NCBI GenBank assembly: GCA_963663475.2
Contig: CAXXJV010000001.1
Span: 2,368,001-2,432,000 of the forward strand
From: Candidatus Cloacimonadales bacterium
GTDB lineage: Bacteria > Cloacimonadota > Cloacimonadia > Cloacimonadales > JAFGVF01
Length of the DNA stretch: 64,000 bases
Direction: 5' to 3'
Part shown: positions 1 to 10,300 of the stretch, piece after piece
How positions within the stretch are numbered: the stretch's first letter is position 1
Layout: each line of letters opens with the position of its first letter
Notes under the pieces: model-generated
Seen by the model: the letters and a program-made list of their open reading frames with translations, nothing else
Told to the model about the DNA's origin: nothing
Database searches by the model: none
Position numbers and translations under genes: made by a program

Positions 1-1889
1 AACTTATTTGCAGCAAAAGAAAATTCTTGGAGTGATCTAATCTCTTCTTGAGGAATTGAAGATATATCTTCTAAGGCATCTTTTCTCCAAAGGTAAGCAT
101 CTTCCGGTTTATTTTTTTCTAGCCAAAGATAGTTAGCTACAAAATTTGCTAGTATCTCTTGCCAATTCCCACCTTCTTGATTCCAAGTACATTGAGAACT
201 AATCCAGATTTTAGCTAAATCATGTCCAAAAACTCCTGGAGTAATAAAGATATCTTTAGTTCTGAAAACATTATCAGAGACTAGTAACATGTTATCAAAT
301 GACTTATAAGCATTATTTGCCGATTGGATAACAGAAAATGTATCATAACCGAACTGGCCAAAGTATTGACTATAAAGTTCAAAATATTGTTCAGTAAAAT
401 AGAGGTAATCATCTAAAAGAGAATATTCATCTTCAAAGGAATAAAAACTTATTAAAACATCTTTAATATCAGAACTTTTAGTAAAATACAAGTCTCCAAT
501 AATAGAGAAGCCAAACTCTTGATCAAATGATTGCCAAGAATAATAAATAGCATCTTTTTTTTGAGGTGTTATCGTTACTTCAGCAGGAGCAATGAATTTC
601 ATCCTACTTGGTCCTAAGGCATTAACTTTATAGAAAGATTTTTCTCCTAATTTTGCAACAGGATGCCATTTGTATTCTTGTAAATTAAAATGATAAGGTC
701 TTTGTTTATCTTTTGGATAATCATAGATATACACAAACTTTAATTGTCTAGCTTTAGTATTTATCTTGATTCTGTTAAATTCTTTTTTACCCGAAATAAG
801 ATCAAAATCGACTTCTTTTTCACCCTTAAAAACCTTAAGATCTTTAATATCCTTACTAAGTAATAAGGTATTATTATCTAAATCTTGATTGAAGGTAATA
901 ATATCTGAAACTGTTAAAACCTTGGCACTTGGTTCAAAGATAAATGAAATTTCGTGCTCACTTATATTAAGGAATTCTTGACTATCAGCCTTGTTATTAC
1001 TAATTGCAGACTCTTCGTCACGATGGTACATAATAATGTATTCACCTCTTCCATAAAGATTATAGTCCCATTCAAGATTCTTATCTGCTGGTAAAAATAA
1101 GGGGGAAATAGAAGCAATCTCAAGCATGGGGTTTAGAAGTTCTAGCTTTTGATAAATTCCATAGTGATTTCGGGAATGAAAATCTCCATTAATATGAAAT
1201 ATCTTAGCTTTAAGATTATTTTCTAAATAATCAAAGATTGATTCTGCTATTGTATCATCTTTTAAAGAGTGAGCTTGATAAAGTCTATCAATAATTATTG
1301 GGTCTATATCCTCCAAATTGTTGGGAAAGAGAAGACTAATTTCATCAATAAACATTTCTTTATATTCATTTTCAAATAGTTTTAAGACTCTTGCATAATA
1401 CGAACGTTCAGATTCTGATAAGTTTCCTAAAGCTTGATAGCCCTGTTGGGCAACTAAACCACTTATATATATAGGAACATTAGTTGCTAGAACTTTTATA
1501 GAATCCTCTTTAGCAAAATCAATAATTCCAGAATAAGCTTCTTGATAATTAGACCAAAGATTAGCATTAGCATCTAGCTGTTCATAAGAATATTCTCCAG
1601 CTAGGTATTTATTCAAGGCTACTTGGTCATTACGAGCAAAAGCTTCCATACCCAAAACAAAATTGCTATCAGCATAAGTTAATTTCTCTAAAAGTTCTTT
1701 CTCAATCGAGTGAAGGAGAGAATCATCGTGTAATTCACCAAAAAATACAACATCCTTATCTTTTAACTCATCAACTAGATTATCTAAATTTATTTCCAGA
1801 CCAGTCTCTGCTTTAAAGATTTTATATTCCTGACCAAAAGCTATCACACTAAATGATAATATCATTAATAGTAATATTATTTTCTTCAT
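1..1889 (-). CDS. Secreted ChaN-family domain fused to an M1 aminopeptidase-like region with a degenerate zinc motif; 3' end runs off the window
   Basis: Not in the ORF track; read by hand from ATG at 1889 (MKKIILLLMILSFSVIAFGQEYKIF...). N-half has ChaN motifs VFFGELHDD, LGMEAF, KDDTIAESI, HINGDFHS. C-half has GVFGHDLAKIW...GNWQEILANF in the position of HExxH...WxEG. Confidence 0.8.
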   Translation of the reverse strand, partial: MKKIILLLMILSFSVIAFGQEYKIFKAETGLEINLDNLVDELKDKDVVFFGELHDDSLLHSIEKELLEKLTYADSNFVLGMEAFARNDQVALNKYLAGEYSYEQLDANANLWSNYQEAYSGIIDFAKEDSIKVLATNVPIYISGLVAQQGYQALGNLSESERSYYARVLKLFENEYKEMFIDEISLLFPNNLEDIDPIIIDRLYQAHSLKDDTIAESIFDYLENNLKAKIFHINGDFHSRNHYGIYQKLELLNPMLEIASISPLFLPADKNLEWDYNLYGRGEYIIMYHRDEESAISNNKADSQEFLNISEHEISFIFEPSAKVLTVSDIITFNQDLDNNTLLLSKDIKDLKVFKGEKEVDFDLISGKKEFNRIKINTKARQLKFVYIYDYPKDKQRPYHFNLQEYKWHPVAKLGEKSFYKVNALGPSRMKFIAPAEVTITPQKKDAIYYSWQSFDQEFGFSIIGDLYFTKSSDIKDVLISFYSFEDEYSLLDDYLYFTEQYFELYSQYFGQFGYDTFSVIQSANNAYKSFDNMLLVSDNVFRTKDIFITPGVFGHDLAKIWISSQCTWNQEGGNWQEILANFVANYLWLEKNKPEDAYLWRKDALEDISSIPQEEIRSLQEFSFAANK

Positions 1890-1904
1890 TAAATTTTATT
1901 TCCC

Positions 1905-2795
1905 TTACTTATCTTCTCTATGTATTAAGATTAAAAAATCACCTGCATCAGAATATTCAGGACTCCACTCAAGCTTATCTTCAACAGAAAAAGTAACAGG
2001 TGCAATAACAGCAATTTTTAAATTTCCATCCATTAAAGCTAATTTTTGAGCAGTACCTAAAAAGTATCTACTGTGAAAGTCACCATTAATGTGGAGAATT
2101 TTACTTTTAGGATTATCTTGCAAGTATTTGTGCATTGATTCAGCCATAGTATCATCTTTTAGACATTGGGCTTTATAAATATTGAGGATTCTATCTTGGC
2201 CTGTTTTGTTAGGCATACCATGATCAAACATACCTTTCATAGTATTGTAAAATTCTGTTTTATATCTATCATCTAAAACAAGCAAATCTTGGGAAATGTA
2301 TTTCTTTTCATCTTGAGGAATTTCAGCAAGAGCATCTTGACCTTCTTTAGCTAGTAAAGAAGCATATTTCCTTGGGACATTAGCAGCAATTACATCTCTT
2401 TTATGCTTAATAGCAATCTGAAGTAAGGGTTCATAATCTGTCTCGTGATTAGGCCATAAACGAGCTTGTTCTGAGAAATCTTGATAGGATATTTCTCCAT
2501 TAATATATTTATTTAAGATATCTTGATTATCTCTTTCAAACATTTCCATTGATAAAACTATTTCCTTAGCTGATGAAGCTAACTTCTCAAAGAGATCTGC
2601 TTCTAGTTTATGAAGTAAAGCATCATCATGTAGTTCACCAAAAAATATTACATCATAATTTAACAATTCTTTAGTCATGGAAGTTAAATCATAAGGTTTT
2701 CCACTTTCAGCTTCAACAATCTTATATTCTTCAGCAGAAATGCTTGTAAATCCAAGCAACATTATAGAAATCAGGATTAAATTAAAATAAGTCAT
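1905..2795 (-). CDS. ChaN-family (haem/iron-uptake-like) exported protein
   Basis: Signal peptide; motifs FFGELHDD, LSMEMFE, AANVPR, AQCLKDDTMAES, HINGDFHS; paralogous to the N-terminus of the downstream gene. Confidence 0.85.
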   Translation of the reverse strand: MTYFNLILISIMLLGFTSISAEEYKIVEAESGKPYDLTSMTKELLNYDVIFFGELHDDALLHKLEADLFEKLASSAKEIVLSMEMFERDNQDILNKYINGEISYQDFSEQARLWPNHETDYEPLLQIAIKHKRDVIAANVPRKYASLLAKEGQDALAEIPQDEKKYISQDLLVLDDRYKTEFYNTMKGMFDHGMPNKTGQDRILNIYKAQCLKDDTMAESMHKYLQDNPKSKILHINGDFHSRYFLGTAQKLALMDGNLKIAVIAPVTFSVEDKLEWSPEYSDAGDFLILIHREDK

Positions 2796-3424
2796 TTTTC
2801 CTCTTTATGGTATTCAATTTTATTGTTATTAGTTAAATCATCTAACATAGATGTTACACCTTGTAAGATATGTTCAGATATTTTTATTGTAACTTGGACA
2901 TCAATACCAAAATCTGAAGATATGATATCTAAGTCAAATTGTTTGAGTTTATATTGTAAGATATTATTATAATCGTAGCTAGTAGTGATTTTAAAATAGT
3001 GGTAATCAACAAGTTCTTGTCTTTTGTTTAATTCAATCGCTCTTTCAGTTATTCCCCCATAAGCATCAATTAGACCTCTAATCCCCAGCTTAACACCACC
3101 AAAATAACGAGTTACTACTACCACAATATTTGTTAAATCATATTTATTTATAGCATTAAGAATAGGTTTTCCAGCTGTACCAGAAGGTTCACCATTATCA
3201 GAACTATGAGCCCAATCACCTTGTTTGCCTATCACATAAGCCCAACAATTATGATTAGCATTTTTATGTTCTTTACTGATATGAGTTATGAAATCCTTAG
3301 CCTGCTCCACTTGAGTAATATATTTGAGATTAACAATAAATCTGCTTCTTTCTATTTTTTCCTCATAAACTTCTTCATTAGTTATTCTTTGCACATTATC
3401 CTCTATTGATTTATTTCTAATCAC
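2792..3424 (-). CDS. yigZ: YigZ/IMPACT family protein
   Basis: RSRFI, ANHNCWAY, SDNGEPSGTAGKP, VVVTRYFGGVKLG motifs. Confidence 0.92.
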   Translation of the reverse strand: MIRNKSIEDNVQRITNEEVYEEKIERSRFIVNLKYITQVEQAKDFITHISKEHKNANHNCWAYVIGKQGDWAHSSDNGEPSGTAGKPILNAINKYDLTNIVVVVTRYFGGVKLGIRGLIDAYGGITERAIELNKRQELVDYHYFKITTSYDYNNILQYKLKQFDLDIISSDFGIDVQVTIKISEHILQGVTSMLDDLTNNNKIEYHKEEK

Positions 3425-3454
3425 AATAAATATGGATTAAGAATTAAGTCAACT

Positions 3455-4009
3455 TTAATGTGTTTTCTTATCGGAAAAAGAGACTGTATCAAAGATATAG
3501 ACCTTACATTCATCATCTTCCCAAGTAAAAGATGGTAAACCAGCTTGATGACAAACCTCATTTAGAAAAATAACTCTATCAAAATCTCTTTCTATAGCTA
3601 CTTGAGGTAAGAGCAAACCCTGTCCTTCTGGATGATTAACATACAAACCATGCTTGCCTATCTCAATTTCTTGTTTTGTATAAATCTGTTTTAAAGCTGA
3701 GAGAATGCTTATTTGAATTGTTAGGTAAGGCAATTCAAACTTCTCAAGCTTAGGATACTTAGTATTACCTTGAGAGACAGCTTTTGCCAGGTCAATAACA
3801 CTCTCCATTAGACAATCTTGGCTATCAACATAGCCTAGACTTCCTCTTAATTTTTCATCAACAAATATTGTCAAAAAAACACCATGTTTTTCATTTAGTA
3901 TTGCTAGAGGTGGAATTTGATACTTGAATTCTTGTGCTTGAAGATGGTATTCAATAGCCAATCTTGCATTCTGTAAAAGCAACTCTTGAGTTTCATTTGG
4001 TATTTTCAT
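3455..4009 (-). CDS. AMMECR1-domain protein (AmmeMemoRadiSam protein A-like), divergent
   Basis: GVFLTI..LRGSLG, ISILS, IEIGKHGL, GLLLPQVA, C.QAGL pattern. Confidence 0.85.
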   Translation of the reverse strand: MKIPNETQELLLQNARLAIEYHLQAQEFKYQIPPLAILNEKHGVFLTIFVDEKLRGSLGYVDSQDCLMESVIDLAKAVSQGNTKYPKLEKFELPYLTIQISILSALKQIYTKQEIEIGKHGLYVNHPEGQGLLLPQVAIERDFDRVIFLNEVCHQAGLPSFTWEDDECKVYIFDTVSFSDKKTH

Positions 4010-4159
4010 AATTGATCCTTTATCTTGTACTTAGTGTTATCCCTATAGAGACTATGAATAATATCTCTAGGAGAATAAGTGACCTATATTTTGTTTGCTA
4101 ATTATATTAGCAATATAAGCTTATTCAACATCATTTTTATTCGAAATTAAGAATCTTAT

Positions 4160-4197
4160 AAAAAGTAGAGAGTGCAACTAGTTACCTGGTTGCACTC
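4160..4197 (-). terminator. Intrinsic terminator downstream of the phosphofructokinase gene
   Basis: Inverted repeat gagtgcaactag-ttac-ctggttgcactc (4170-4197) just after the stop codon; T-run follows on the minus strand. Confidence 0.65.
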
Positions 4198-4205
4198 AAC
4201 ATTAT

Positions 4206-5417
4206 TTAAAGTATTTTATCAGCTCTAGGAACTCTCAATCTATGGGCTTGTTTGAAACCTGACCCAACTAATGGTCTGCAATAAAAGAGGAAGTCTTGTG
4301 TAACATTATTACCTTCTGGAGTAATAAAGTTATCTGGCATTACTCTTGTTTTTCCAGCTATATCTTCCAATTTTTCTAAAGAATAATTTACTGAATAGTT
4401 ACCTGTTCTTTTGATACTTATTGAGCCATCTAGATTATGCCATATTGCATAGTGAGCAGCTTTCTCCCCTACCTCTCTAGCCTCTTGTTGATCAACATCA
4501 GAAACACAATCTAGGAAGGATCTTTGTAAATAACCAAAAGTATCCGATCTTACTCGAGAAATCTTAAGCTTTGATCTAATTTCATCTGCTAGTAAATCTC
4601 CAAGAGCACCTGTTCCAGATAACTGGACATTTCCATGAGCATCTTTTTCTTGCGATTTAGTAAGTTTAGTGATAATTGGGATACCTTTACCATCTGATAT
4701 ACCTTCAGAAACAGCAATAACACAACGTCCATATTGGGCATATACTTTTTTAACATCTTCCAAGAACTGGCTTATTTTAAACTTCTTTTCTGGTAGATAA
4801 ATCAAATGTGGACCATCATCTGGATACTTCTTAGCTAAGGCTGAAGCTGCAGTTAAGAAACCTGCATGACGTCCCATGACAACTCCAATATAAACTCCTG
4901 GTAAAGCTCGATTATCAAGATTTGCTCCTGCAAAAGCATTTGCTACAAATCTTGCTGCTGAACCAAAACCTGGTGTATGATCATTTAGGACAAGATCATT
5001 ATCAATAGTCTTAGGAATATGAATAGCCCTAAACTCATAAGAAGCTTTTGCTGCTTCATCATTTACGATCCTAACTGTATCTGAGGAATCATTTCCTCCT
5101 ATATAGAAAAAATATCTTACATCATGAGCTTTAAGTACTTTGAACATTTCTTGACAGTACTTAACATCTGGTTTGACTCTTGTTGATAAAAGAGCGGAAG
5201 ATGGTGTTTGAGCAACTTTTTCAAGATTATTAGTAGTCTCTTGACTCAAATCAAAAAAGTTTTCATTTAATATGCCATCAACTCCATGTTCAGCACCATA
5301 AACTCGGGTTACTTGTTGAAATTTACGTGACTCTAAGACTACGCCTACAAGTGATTGATTAATCACTGCAGTAGGTCCGCCACCTTGAGCCACAACAACT
5401 TTTCCTTCTAATTTCAT
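4206..5417 (-). CDS. pfp: 6-phosphofructokinase, predicted pyrophosphate-dependent
   Basis: QGGGPTAVIN, GGNDS, PKTIDNDL, MGRHAG; Asp in GGND and Lys in PKTIDND are the PPi-type signature residues. Confidence 0.85.
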   Translation of the reverse strand: MKLEGKVVVAQGGGPTAVINQSLVGVVLESRKFQQVTRVYGAEHGVDGILNENFFDLSQETTNNLEKVAQTPSSALLSTRVKPDVKYCQEMFKVLKAHDVRYFFYIGGNDSSDTVRIVNDEAAKASYEFRAIHIPKTIDNDLVLNDHTPGFGSAARFVANAFAGANLDNRALPGVYIGVVMGRHAGFLTAASALAKKYPDDGPHLIYLPEKKFKISQFLEDVKKVYAQYGRCVIAVSEGISDGKGIPIITKLTKSQEKDAHGNVQLSGTGALGDLLADEIRSKLKISRVRSDTFGYLQRSFLDCVSDVDQQEAREVGEKAAHYAIWHNLDGSISIKRTGNYSVNYSLEKLEDIAGKTRVMPDNFITPEGNNVTQDFLFYCRPLVGSGFKQAHRLRVPRADKIL

Positions 5418-5453
5418 TTATCCTCCACGAATTATATTTCTATAACTTTATAT

Positions 5454-6383
5454 CTATTTACTCTTATTTAGATCAAGAATCAAAGGCATTCCAGATGCTC
5501 CTGGGTCAGTTGGAGCAATAACGAATGTTGTGTTATTGCTTTCTGCCAGTTCTTTATAAGCTTGGACTGCTTCATATTGTATATAAAGAGGGGTCAATTT
5601 ATCTTGAATAATTTCTTGAGCATCAGCTATACCTTGAGCAGTTACTTTTCTAATCTCAGCATCTTTGGCAGCTTTTTGAAGTTCAAGACTCTTAGTCTCT
5701 AAGTTTTGCTCTTGAACTAATTTATTTTCAATAGAATTTTTAACAGATTGAGGTGGATCTACCTTCCTGATTAAAACCCTGTCTGTTGTGATACCTTTAG
5801 TATCAATTATTTCTTTGAGACCTTGTTCCATTTCTTGGGAGAATTGCTCTCTCTTCTCAATAGTCTCTCTAAAAGAGTATCTTGTTGCTACATTTCTAGT
5901 TATGTTTCTTACTGAAGGCCTGATAATCTTAGCTTTTAGATCATAATTATTTTTAGCAATATTCTTATAAATATCAGTTACTAAATCAGCATTAACCGTG
6001 TACCAGACTGATAAATCTATTGTCAATTCAAGATTATCACGAGTAATTACCTTAATTGCATCATCACCATAAACATCTCCTTCGTTAGGTAGTGATGATA
6101 AGGTGTATTCTTGTAATCTAACTTCAAAACGAACTATATCGATAAAAGGACTTTTTAAGTTAAATCCATCTGCTAGGGTAGTATCTAATACTTTTCCAAA
6201 TAAAACCTGAACACCAACTTCTCCTGGATTAATAATTGTAAAACTCTGAGAAAGTATTATTATAATACCAATCAAAGTTAGAATATTACCAGCAATTTTT
6301 CCATCTTTCTTTACTTGTGATTTCGCTACAAAGAAAACTATCAAACCTAGGGCTACCCCTGCTATTCCTAATAAAGCTATCAT
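5454..6383 (-). CDS. SPFH/Band 7/prohibitin family membrane protein
   Basis: Two N-terminal TM segments, PGEVGV..FGKV, IIRPSVR, coiled C-terminus with AQGIADAQ. Confidence 0.88.
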   Translation of the reverse strand: MIALLGIAGVALGLIVFFVAKSQVKKDGKIAGNILTLIGIIIILSQSFTIINPGEVGVQVLFGKVLDTTLADGFNLKSPFIDIVRFEVRLQEYTLSSLPNEGDVYGDDAIKVITRDNLELTIDLSVWYTVNADLVTDIYKNIAKNNYDLKAKIIRPSVRNITRNVATRYSFRETIEKREQFSQEMEQGLKEIIDTKGITTDRVLIRKVDPPQSVKNSIENKLVQEQNLETKSLELQKAAKDAEIRKVTAQGIADAQEIIQDKLTPLYIQYEAVQAYKELAESNNTTFVIAPTDPGASGMPLILDLNKSK

Positions 6384-6400
6384 ATTATTCTCCTATTTTT

Positions 6401-6961
6401 TTAAAATTTTACAATTATTCCTGCTTGAGGAATGTAAGTATCAATTTTATAATTTGAAGATACAGAAACTGGTAGTTCAGCATTAAAAGAAATAAATCTG
6501 CTTAATTTAAATTCTATACCTATTCCAGGTCCGAAATAGTAAGCATTATCATTTTTAGTCTTTTTAACTGGTGAACCAGATATCTGGCCAGAAACATATT
6601 CCTGGGTATACTTCTTCTTATAATCAATATTCATACTTGCTCCTAAAAAGCAATAAAATCTTGTAAATTCACTCTGTCTTAAAACTCTTAAATACATTCC
6701 ACTAATCCAACCATCAACTTCCCAACCTGTTTTAGTGTTATATTCATTATAATAGGTAACTGGAAATTTAGGAACTTCATCTGCATCTGATAAAAGGCCT
6801 AAGGTAAATTGAAAACCATTTTTTTCGAAAAATTGTCTATAAGCAATCCCAATTCCAGAAACCTTTCCTGCGGTAAAACCTAATCCCCTATCTAAGACAT
6901 TTTCTGAAAAAAGAAAAGCCGTAGATAATAAAACAAGGCAAATTATAATTAATCTCCTCAT
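6401..6961 (-). CDS. Small outer-membrane beta-barrel protein, function unknown
   Basis: Signal peptide, amphipathic beta strands (GPGIGIEFK), C-terminal Phe (GIIVKF); 4-bp overlap with the kinase gene. Confidence 0.65.
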   Translation of the reverse strand: MRRLIIICLVLLSTAFLFSENVLDRGLGFTAGKVSGIGIAYRQFFEKNGFQFTLGLLSDADEVPKFPVTYYNEYNTKTGWEVDGWISGMYLRVLRQSEFTRFYCFLGASMNIDYKKKYTQEYVSGQISGSPVKKTKNDNAYYFGPGIGIEFKLSRFISFNAELPVSVSSNYKIDTYIPQAGIIVKF

Positions 6962-9900
6962 AGAATCTCCTTTTTTATAATCTTTTGTAAAATTTCTTTA
7001 ATATCACTCAATTTAACTGGCTTAGGTAGGAAACCTGCCATGCCAGCATCTATACATTTTTCTTTATCCTCAGGTAATACATTAGCGGTTAGAGCTATAA
7101 CAATAGGAGATTTTTCTTGCATCTTTTCTTTAATAATCTCTGTAGCTTTTAATCCATTAAGAATAGGCATTTGAATATCCATGAAAATAACATCATAATT
7201 ATTTTTCAGTGCCAACTCATAGGCTTCCTGTCCATTCTGAGCTAAATCCGCTGTTATCTGTAATTTTTTAAATAATCTATTCATTAGTTTTTGGTTTATT
7301 AAATTATCTTCAGCAACCAAGACTTTTAGTTTGGTGATATCATCTTCAGTTACATCTTCTTTTTTACTATTCAGGTTACTATTTTCTAAACCAAGCAGTT
7401 TCCTAAAACTCTCATATAACTTCTGTCTGTGAATAGGGTAATTAACAAATTGATATCTTGGTACATTGATATCCTCAATCTGCCTTACCTCTTTAATATC
7501 TTTCAAGAAAACAATTCCGATATTAGTTATATTCAAGTTGGAAATAAATTTATTCACATTATCTGAATATGACTTATAAATAGAGTAATCAATAATAATA
7601 ATATCCCAATCATCAAGGAAAAATTCAATACTATCTAGTGAGTCACTGTCTGCAACCTGGTCAACACTTTTACAATATTTCTTTAGTATTGAATTTAAAT
7701 TATCAAATACATCTTTACTTGAGATAACACCAAGCTTAATATTTTCAAGATATTTAAACTTACTTCTATGTTCAGAAACCAATATTCTAGAATCTGTGGC
7801 AATAGTAAAGCTGACACGTGTTCCAACTCCTAATTTAGACTCTACCCAAATTTTCCCATTAAGATTAGTGATTATTGCTTTGGAGATTGCTAAACCTAAG
7901 CCCGTTCCTGTAACATTTCTAGATTGCTCTGATTCAACTTGTGAAAATGAATCAAAAATAGTTGAAATTTTATCTTCAGGAATTCCAATGCCTGTATCAG
8001 AAATTACAAATTTCAACATTAAAACATTATTATAAGAAGATTCTTTACTAACCTTAACTTGTATTAGACCTTGATTAGTGAACTTATAAGCATTATTGAG
8101 AGTATTTATTAAGACTTGCTTTAGCCTATCAAAATCAGAGTTAATATATGTCGGAACATCTTCGTCTATTATGTAGGCAAGTTTAACATTTTTTTCCTGT
8201 ACTTTCAAAGCTATAACATCCAATGATTTTTCTATACAATCTGACAAGACAAAATCAGAGAAGTTAAATGTATCTTTTCCTGATTCTAATTTTGAGAAAT
8301 CAAGAATATCATTTATGATTCTTAATAGACTTTCACCTGACATTTTTATTGTATCAACATAATCTTGTTGTTCTTCATTCAAATTTGTCTTTGCAAGTAA
8401 ATCTGCCATTCCAATAACACCATTCATAGGTGTTCTGATTTCATGGCTCATGTTTGCTAAAAACTGAGACTTTGTTTTTGCTGTTTTCAAAGCTTGTTCT
8501 GAAGCTACTTTAAGTGCAATATCATGTTCTATAATATCAGTTTTGTCTTGATAAACTCCAAAGACTGCTTCAATATTACTGTGATAAATTACTGGAATAC
8601 CAGTTATAAACATGTTCATTATTTGATTATTCTTAGCTACTCTATTAGCATAAAATTTTACTGTAATACCTGAGGCAACTTTCTTTGTATTATTTTTAGC
8701 TTGTAAAATCTCTGTAGGACTACATAGAAGTTCATCAATGTTTTTACCTTTACATTCTTCAATTGTATAACCAAAGACTTTAGTAAAAGCAGGATTTATC
8801 TTCATAATATTGCTTTCTTTATCCACTAAAGCTATTGCTTCTGGATTTTCAATCATTAACTGATCAATATATATTTTATCCTTGATTAACTTATCAGAAA
8901 TCTCTTTTTTAGAAATTAACATTTTGTTTACAGAATTTGCAATATTTTGGAATTCTTGATATTTTAGCTTATCTTTGGCTATCAACTGGTCATTTTCAAT
9001 TGATTCATGGAAGAAGTTCTCTAAACTATTAAAGAGATTCTTTAAAATTGCTAATATTCGGTTATTTAAAAGGAGGTATATGATTAAAATTAAAAAGATT
9101 AAAGATGAAATGATAATTAGATTTGTGATAACTTTTTGTCTGAACTGATCCCGATCACTTTCAAAGAAGGCATTAATATAGTTTTCATAAATACCTGATG
9201 CAACAATCCAATTCACTTCTGGAATCTTATCAATTTTAACTAAGGCCTTTTCTTTAATACTTGGGTCACCTTCAGAAAAGTGAAAATCAATAAACCCTTC
9301 GCCATTCTTTTGAGTAACCTTAATAGCATCTTCTAATATTTTATCATCAACTTTAGTGGGAGTGTCTAAAATGCTTGGGTTGTTGATAGCAATCTGATTG
9401 TTTATAATAATAAATTTATTAGTCAAAATATCAATGATGTAAAAGAAGCCATAATTACTGTTTTTTAATATCAATATATCATTGAGTAGTTTAGTTTTAT
9501 ATTCATCAACAAAATCATAATAATATTCACCAGTACCAATATACCAGTCGGTACCTTCAATCTTTGAGAGATAAGACCATTTAAGAAATTTACCTTGTTT
9601 TTCAGCACCAGGTTTAAACATCATTCCTTTGAACAGTCCTTCACTTTCATTATCCATAATTACTTGAGCTTTTTCAGTGTACTCGTCATTAGCAATATCA
9701 GTATTCTCAAGTTCAGGAAAAACCGAATTAAATATAATTTTACCAGATTTATCTAATATATAGTAATAACCACGGCCATTAAAGAATTTAGAGACTCTAA
9801 ATGCATTTTCAATATGTTCAAATTTCGTAACATCACTTGCAGTCTTATACTTAGAAAGTATTTTCTCGACAACTAGTTTTCCTTGATCAGTTTTCTTTTT

Positions 9901-10149
9901 TATTTCTTCTATAATTAAATCATCAATTTTGTCATAAGATTGCTGTGTATATCTGACAATCCTATTATTGATATTAGAAAGATTTTTTTGAGAATCTGAA
10001 ATTCTTTTATTGTTCAAGAAATCTAGGTTTCTGGAGTAAAAATAAAAGTCAACAAAGATTGATACAGTAGCTATAATAATTAAACTACTGATGATAATGT
10101 ATAAATTTAATCTCTTTACTCTTACTAAAATCTCTTTATTTTTTTTCAT
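6958..10149 (-). CDS. Hybrid sensor histidine kinase (Cache, TM, PAS, HisKA/HATPase, degenerate REC, REC)
   Basis: FLANMSHEIRTPMNG H-box, NAYKFT, DTGIG, GTGLGL; terminal REC with AEDN, FMDIQMP, PKP; periplasmic GYYYILD Cache-like region. Confidence 0.93.
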   Translation of the reverse strand: MKKNKEILVRVKRLNLYIIISSLIIIATVSIFVDFYFYSRNLDFLNNKRISDSQKNLSNINNRIVRYTQQSYDKIDDLIIEEIKKKTDQGKLVVEKILSKYKTASDVTKFEHIENAFRVSKFFNGRGYYYILDKSGKIIFNSVFPELENTDIANDEYTEKAQVIMDNESEGLFKGMMFKPGAEKQGKFLKWSYLSKIEGTDWYIGTGEYYYDFVDEYKTKLLNDILILKNSNYGFFYIIDILTNKFIIINNQIAINNPSILDTPTKVDDKILEDAIKVTQKNGEGFIDFHFSEGDPSIKEKALVKIDKIPEVNWIVASGIYENYINAFFESDRDQFRQKVITNLIIISSLIFLILIIYLLLNNRILAILKNLFNSLENFFHESIENDQLIAKDKLKYQEFQNIANSVNKMLISKKEISDKLIKDKIYIDQLMIENPEAIALVDKESNIMKINPAFTKVFGYTIEECKGKNIDELLCSPTEILQAKNNTKKVASGITVKFYANRVAKNNQIMNMFITGIPVIYHSNIEAVFGVYQDKTDIIEHDIALKVASEQALKTAKTKSQFLANMSHEIRTPMNGVIGMADLLAKTNLNEEQQDYVDTIKMSGESLLRIINDILDFSKLESGKDTFNFSDFVLSDCIEKSLDVIALKVQEKNVKLAYIIDEDVPTYINSDFDRLKQVLINTLNNAYKFTNQGLIQVKVSKESSYNNVLMLKFVISDTGIGIPEDKISTIFDSFSQVESEQSRNVTGTGLGLAISKAIITNLNGKIWVESKLGVGTRVSFTIATDSRILVSEHRSKFKYLENIKLGVISSKDVFDNLNSILKKYCKSVDQVADSDSLDSIEFFLDDWDIIIIDYSIYKSYSDNVNKFISNLNITNIGIVFLKDIKEVRQIEDINVPRYQFVNYPIHRQKLYESFRKLLGLENSNLNSKKEDVTEDDITKLKVLVAEDNLINQKLMNRLFKKLQITADLAQNGQEAYELALKNNYDVIFMDIQMPILNGLKATEIIKEKMQEKSPIVIALTANVLPEDKEKCIDAGMAGFLPKPVKLSDIKEILQKIIKKEIL

Positions 10150-10164
10150 ATATCCTCTTTTGCA

Positions 10165-10193
10165 ACTTTATTGCAGACTATTCTTACTGTCAA
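10165..10193 (-). promoter_or_regulatory. Putative sigma70-type promoter of the kinase operon
   Basis: Minus strand TTGACA (10193-10188), 17 bp, TAAAGT (10170-10165); AGAGG RBS before ATG 10149. Confidence 0.5.
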
Positions 10194-10300
10194 CTGATTT
10201 AATTTATTTGTGCTCAATAAAAGAAGCAAGATAAAAAAATGGTGAAAATATCTTAAGATTAATATTAATGTTCCAAATTAATGTTACTTTTATTTTTTAT

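Noticed and set aside
4095-4113. Palindrome ttgctaat-tat-attagcaa as an operator upstream of the AMMECR1 gene
   Set aside because: Single AT-rich 8-bp dyad with no second copy noticed; plausible by chance at this base composition
6958-10149. Hybrid kinase as the regulator of the purine cluster
   Set aside because: Separated by 371 bp with its own promoter candidate and coupled to unrelated downstream genes; adjacency is the only link
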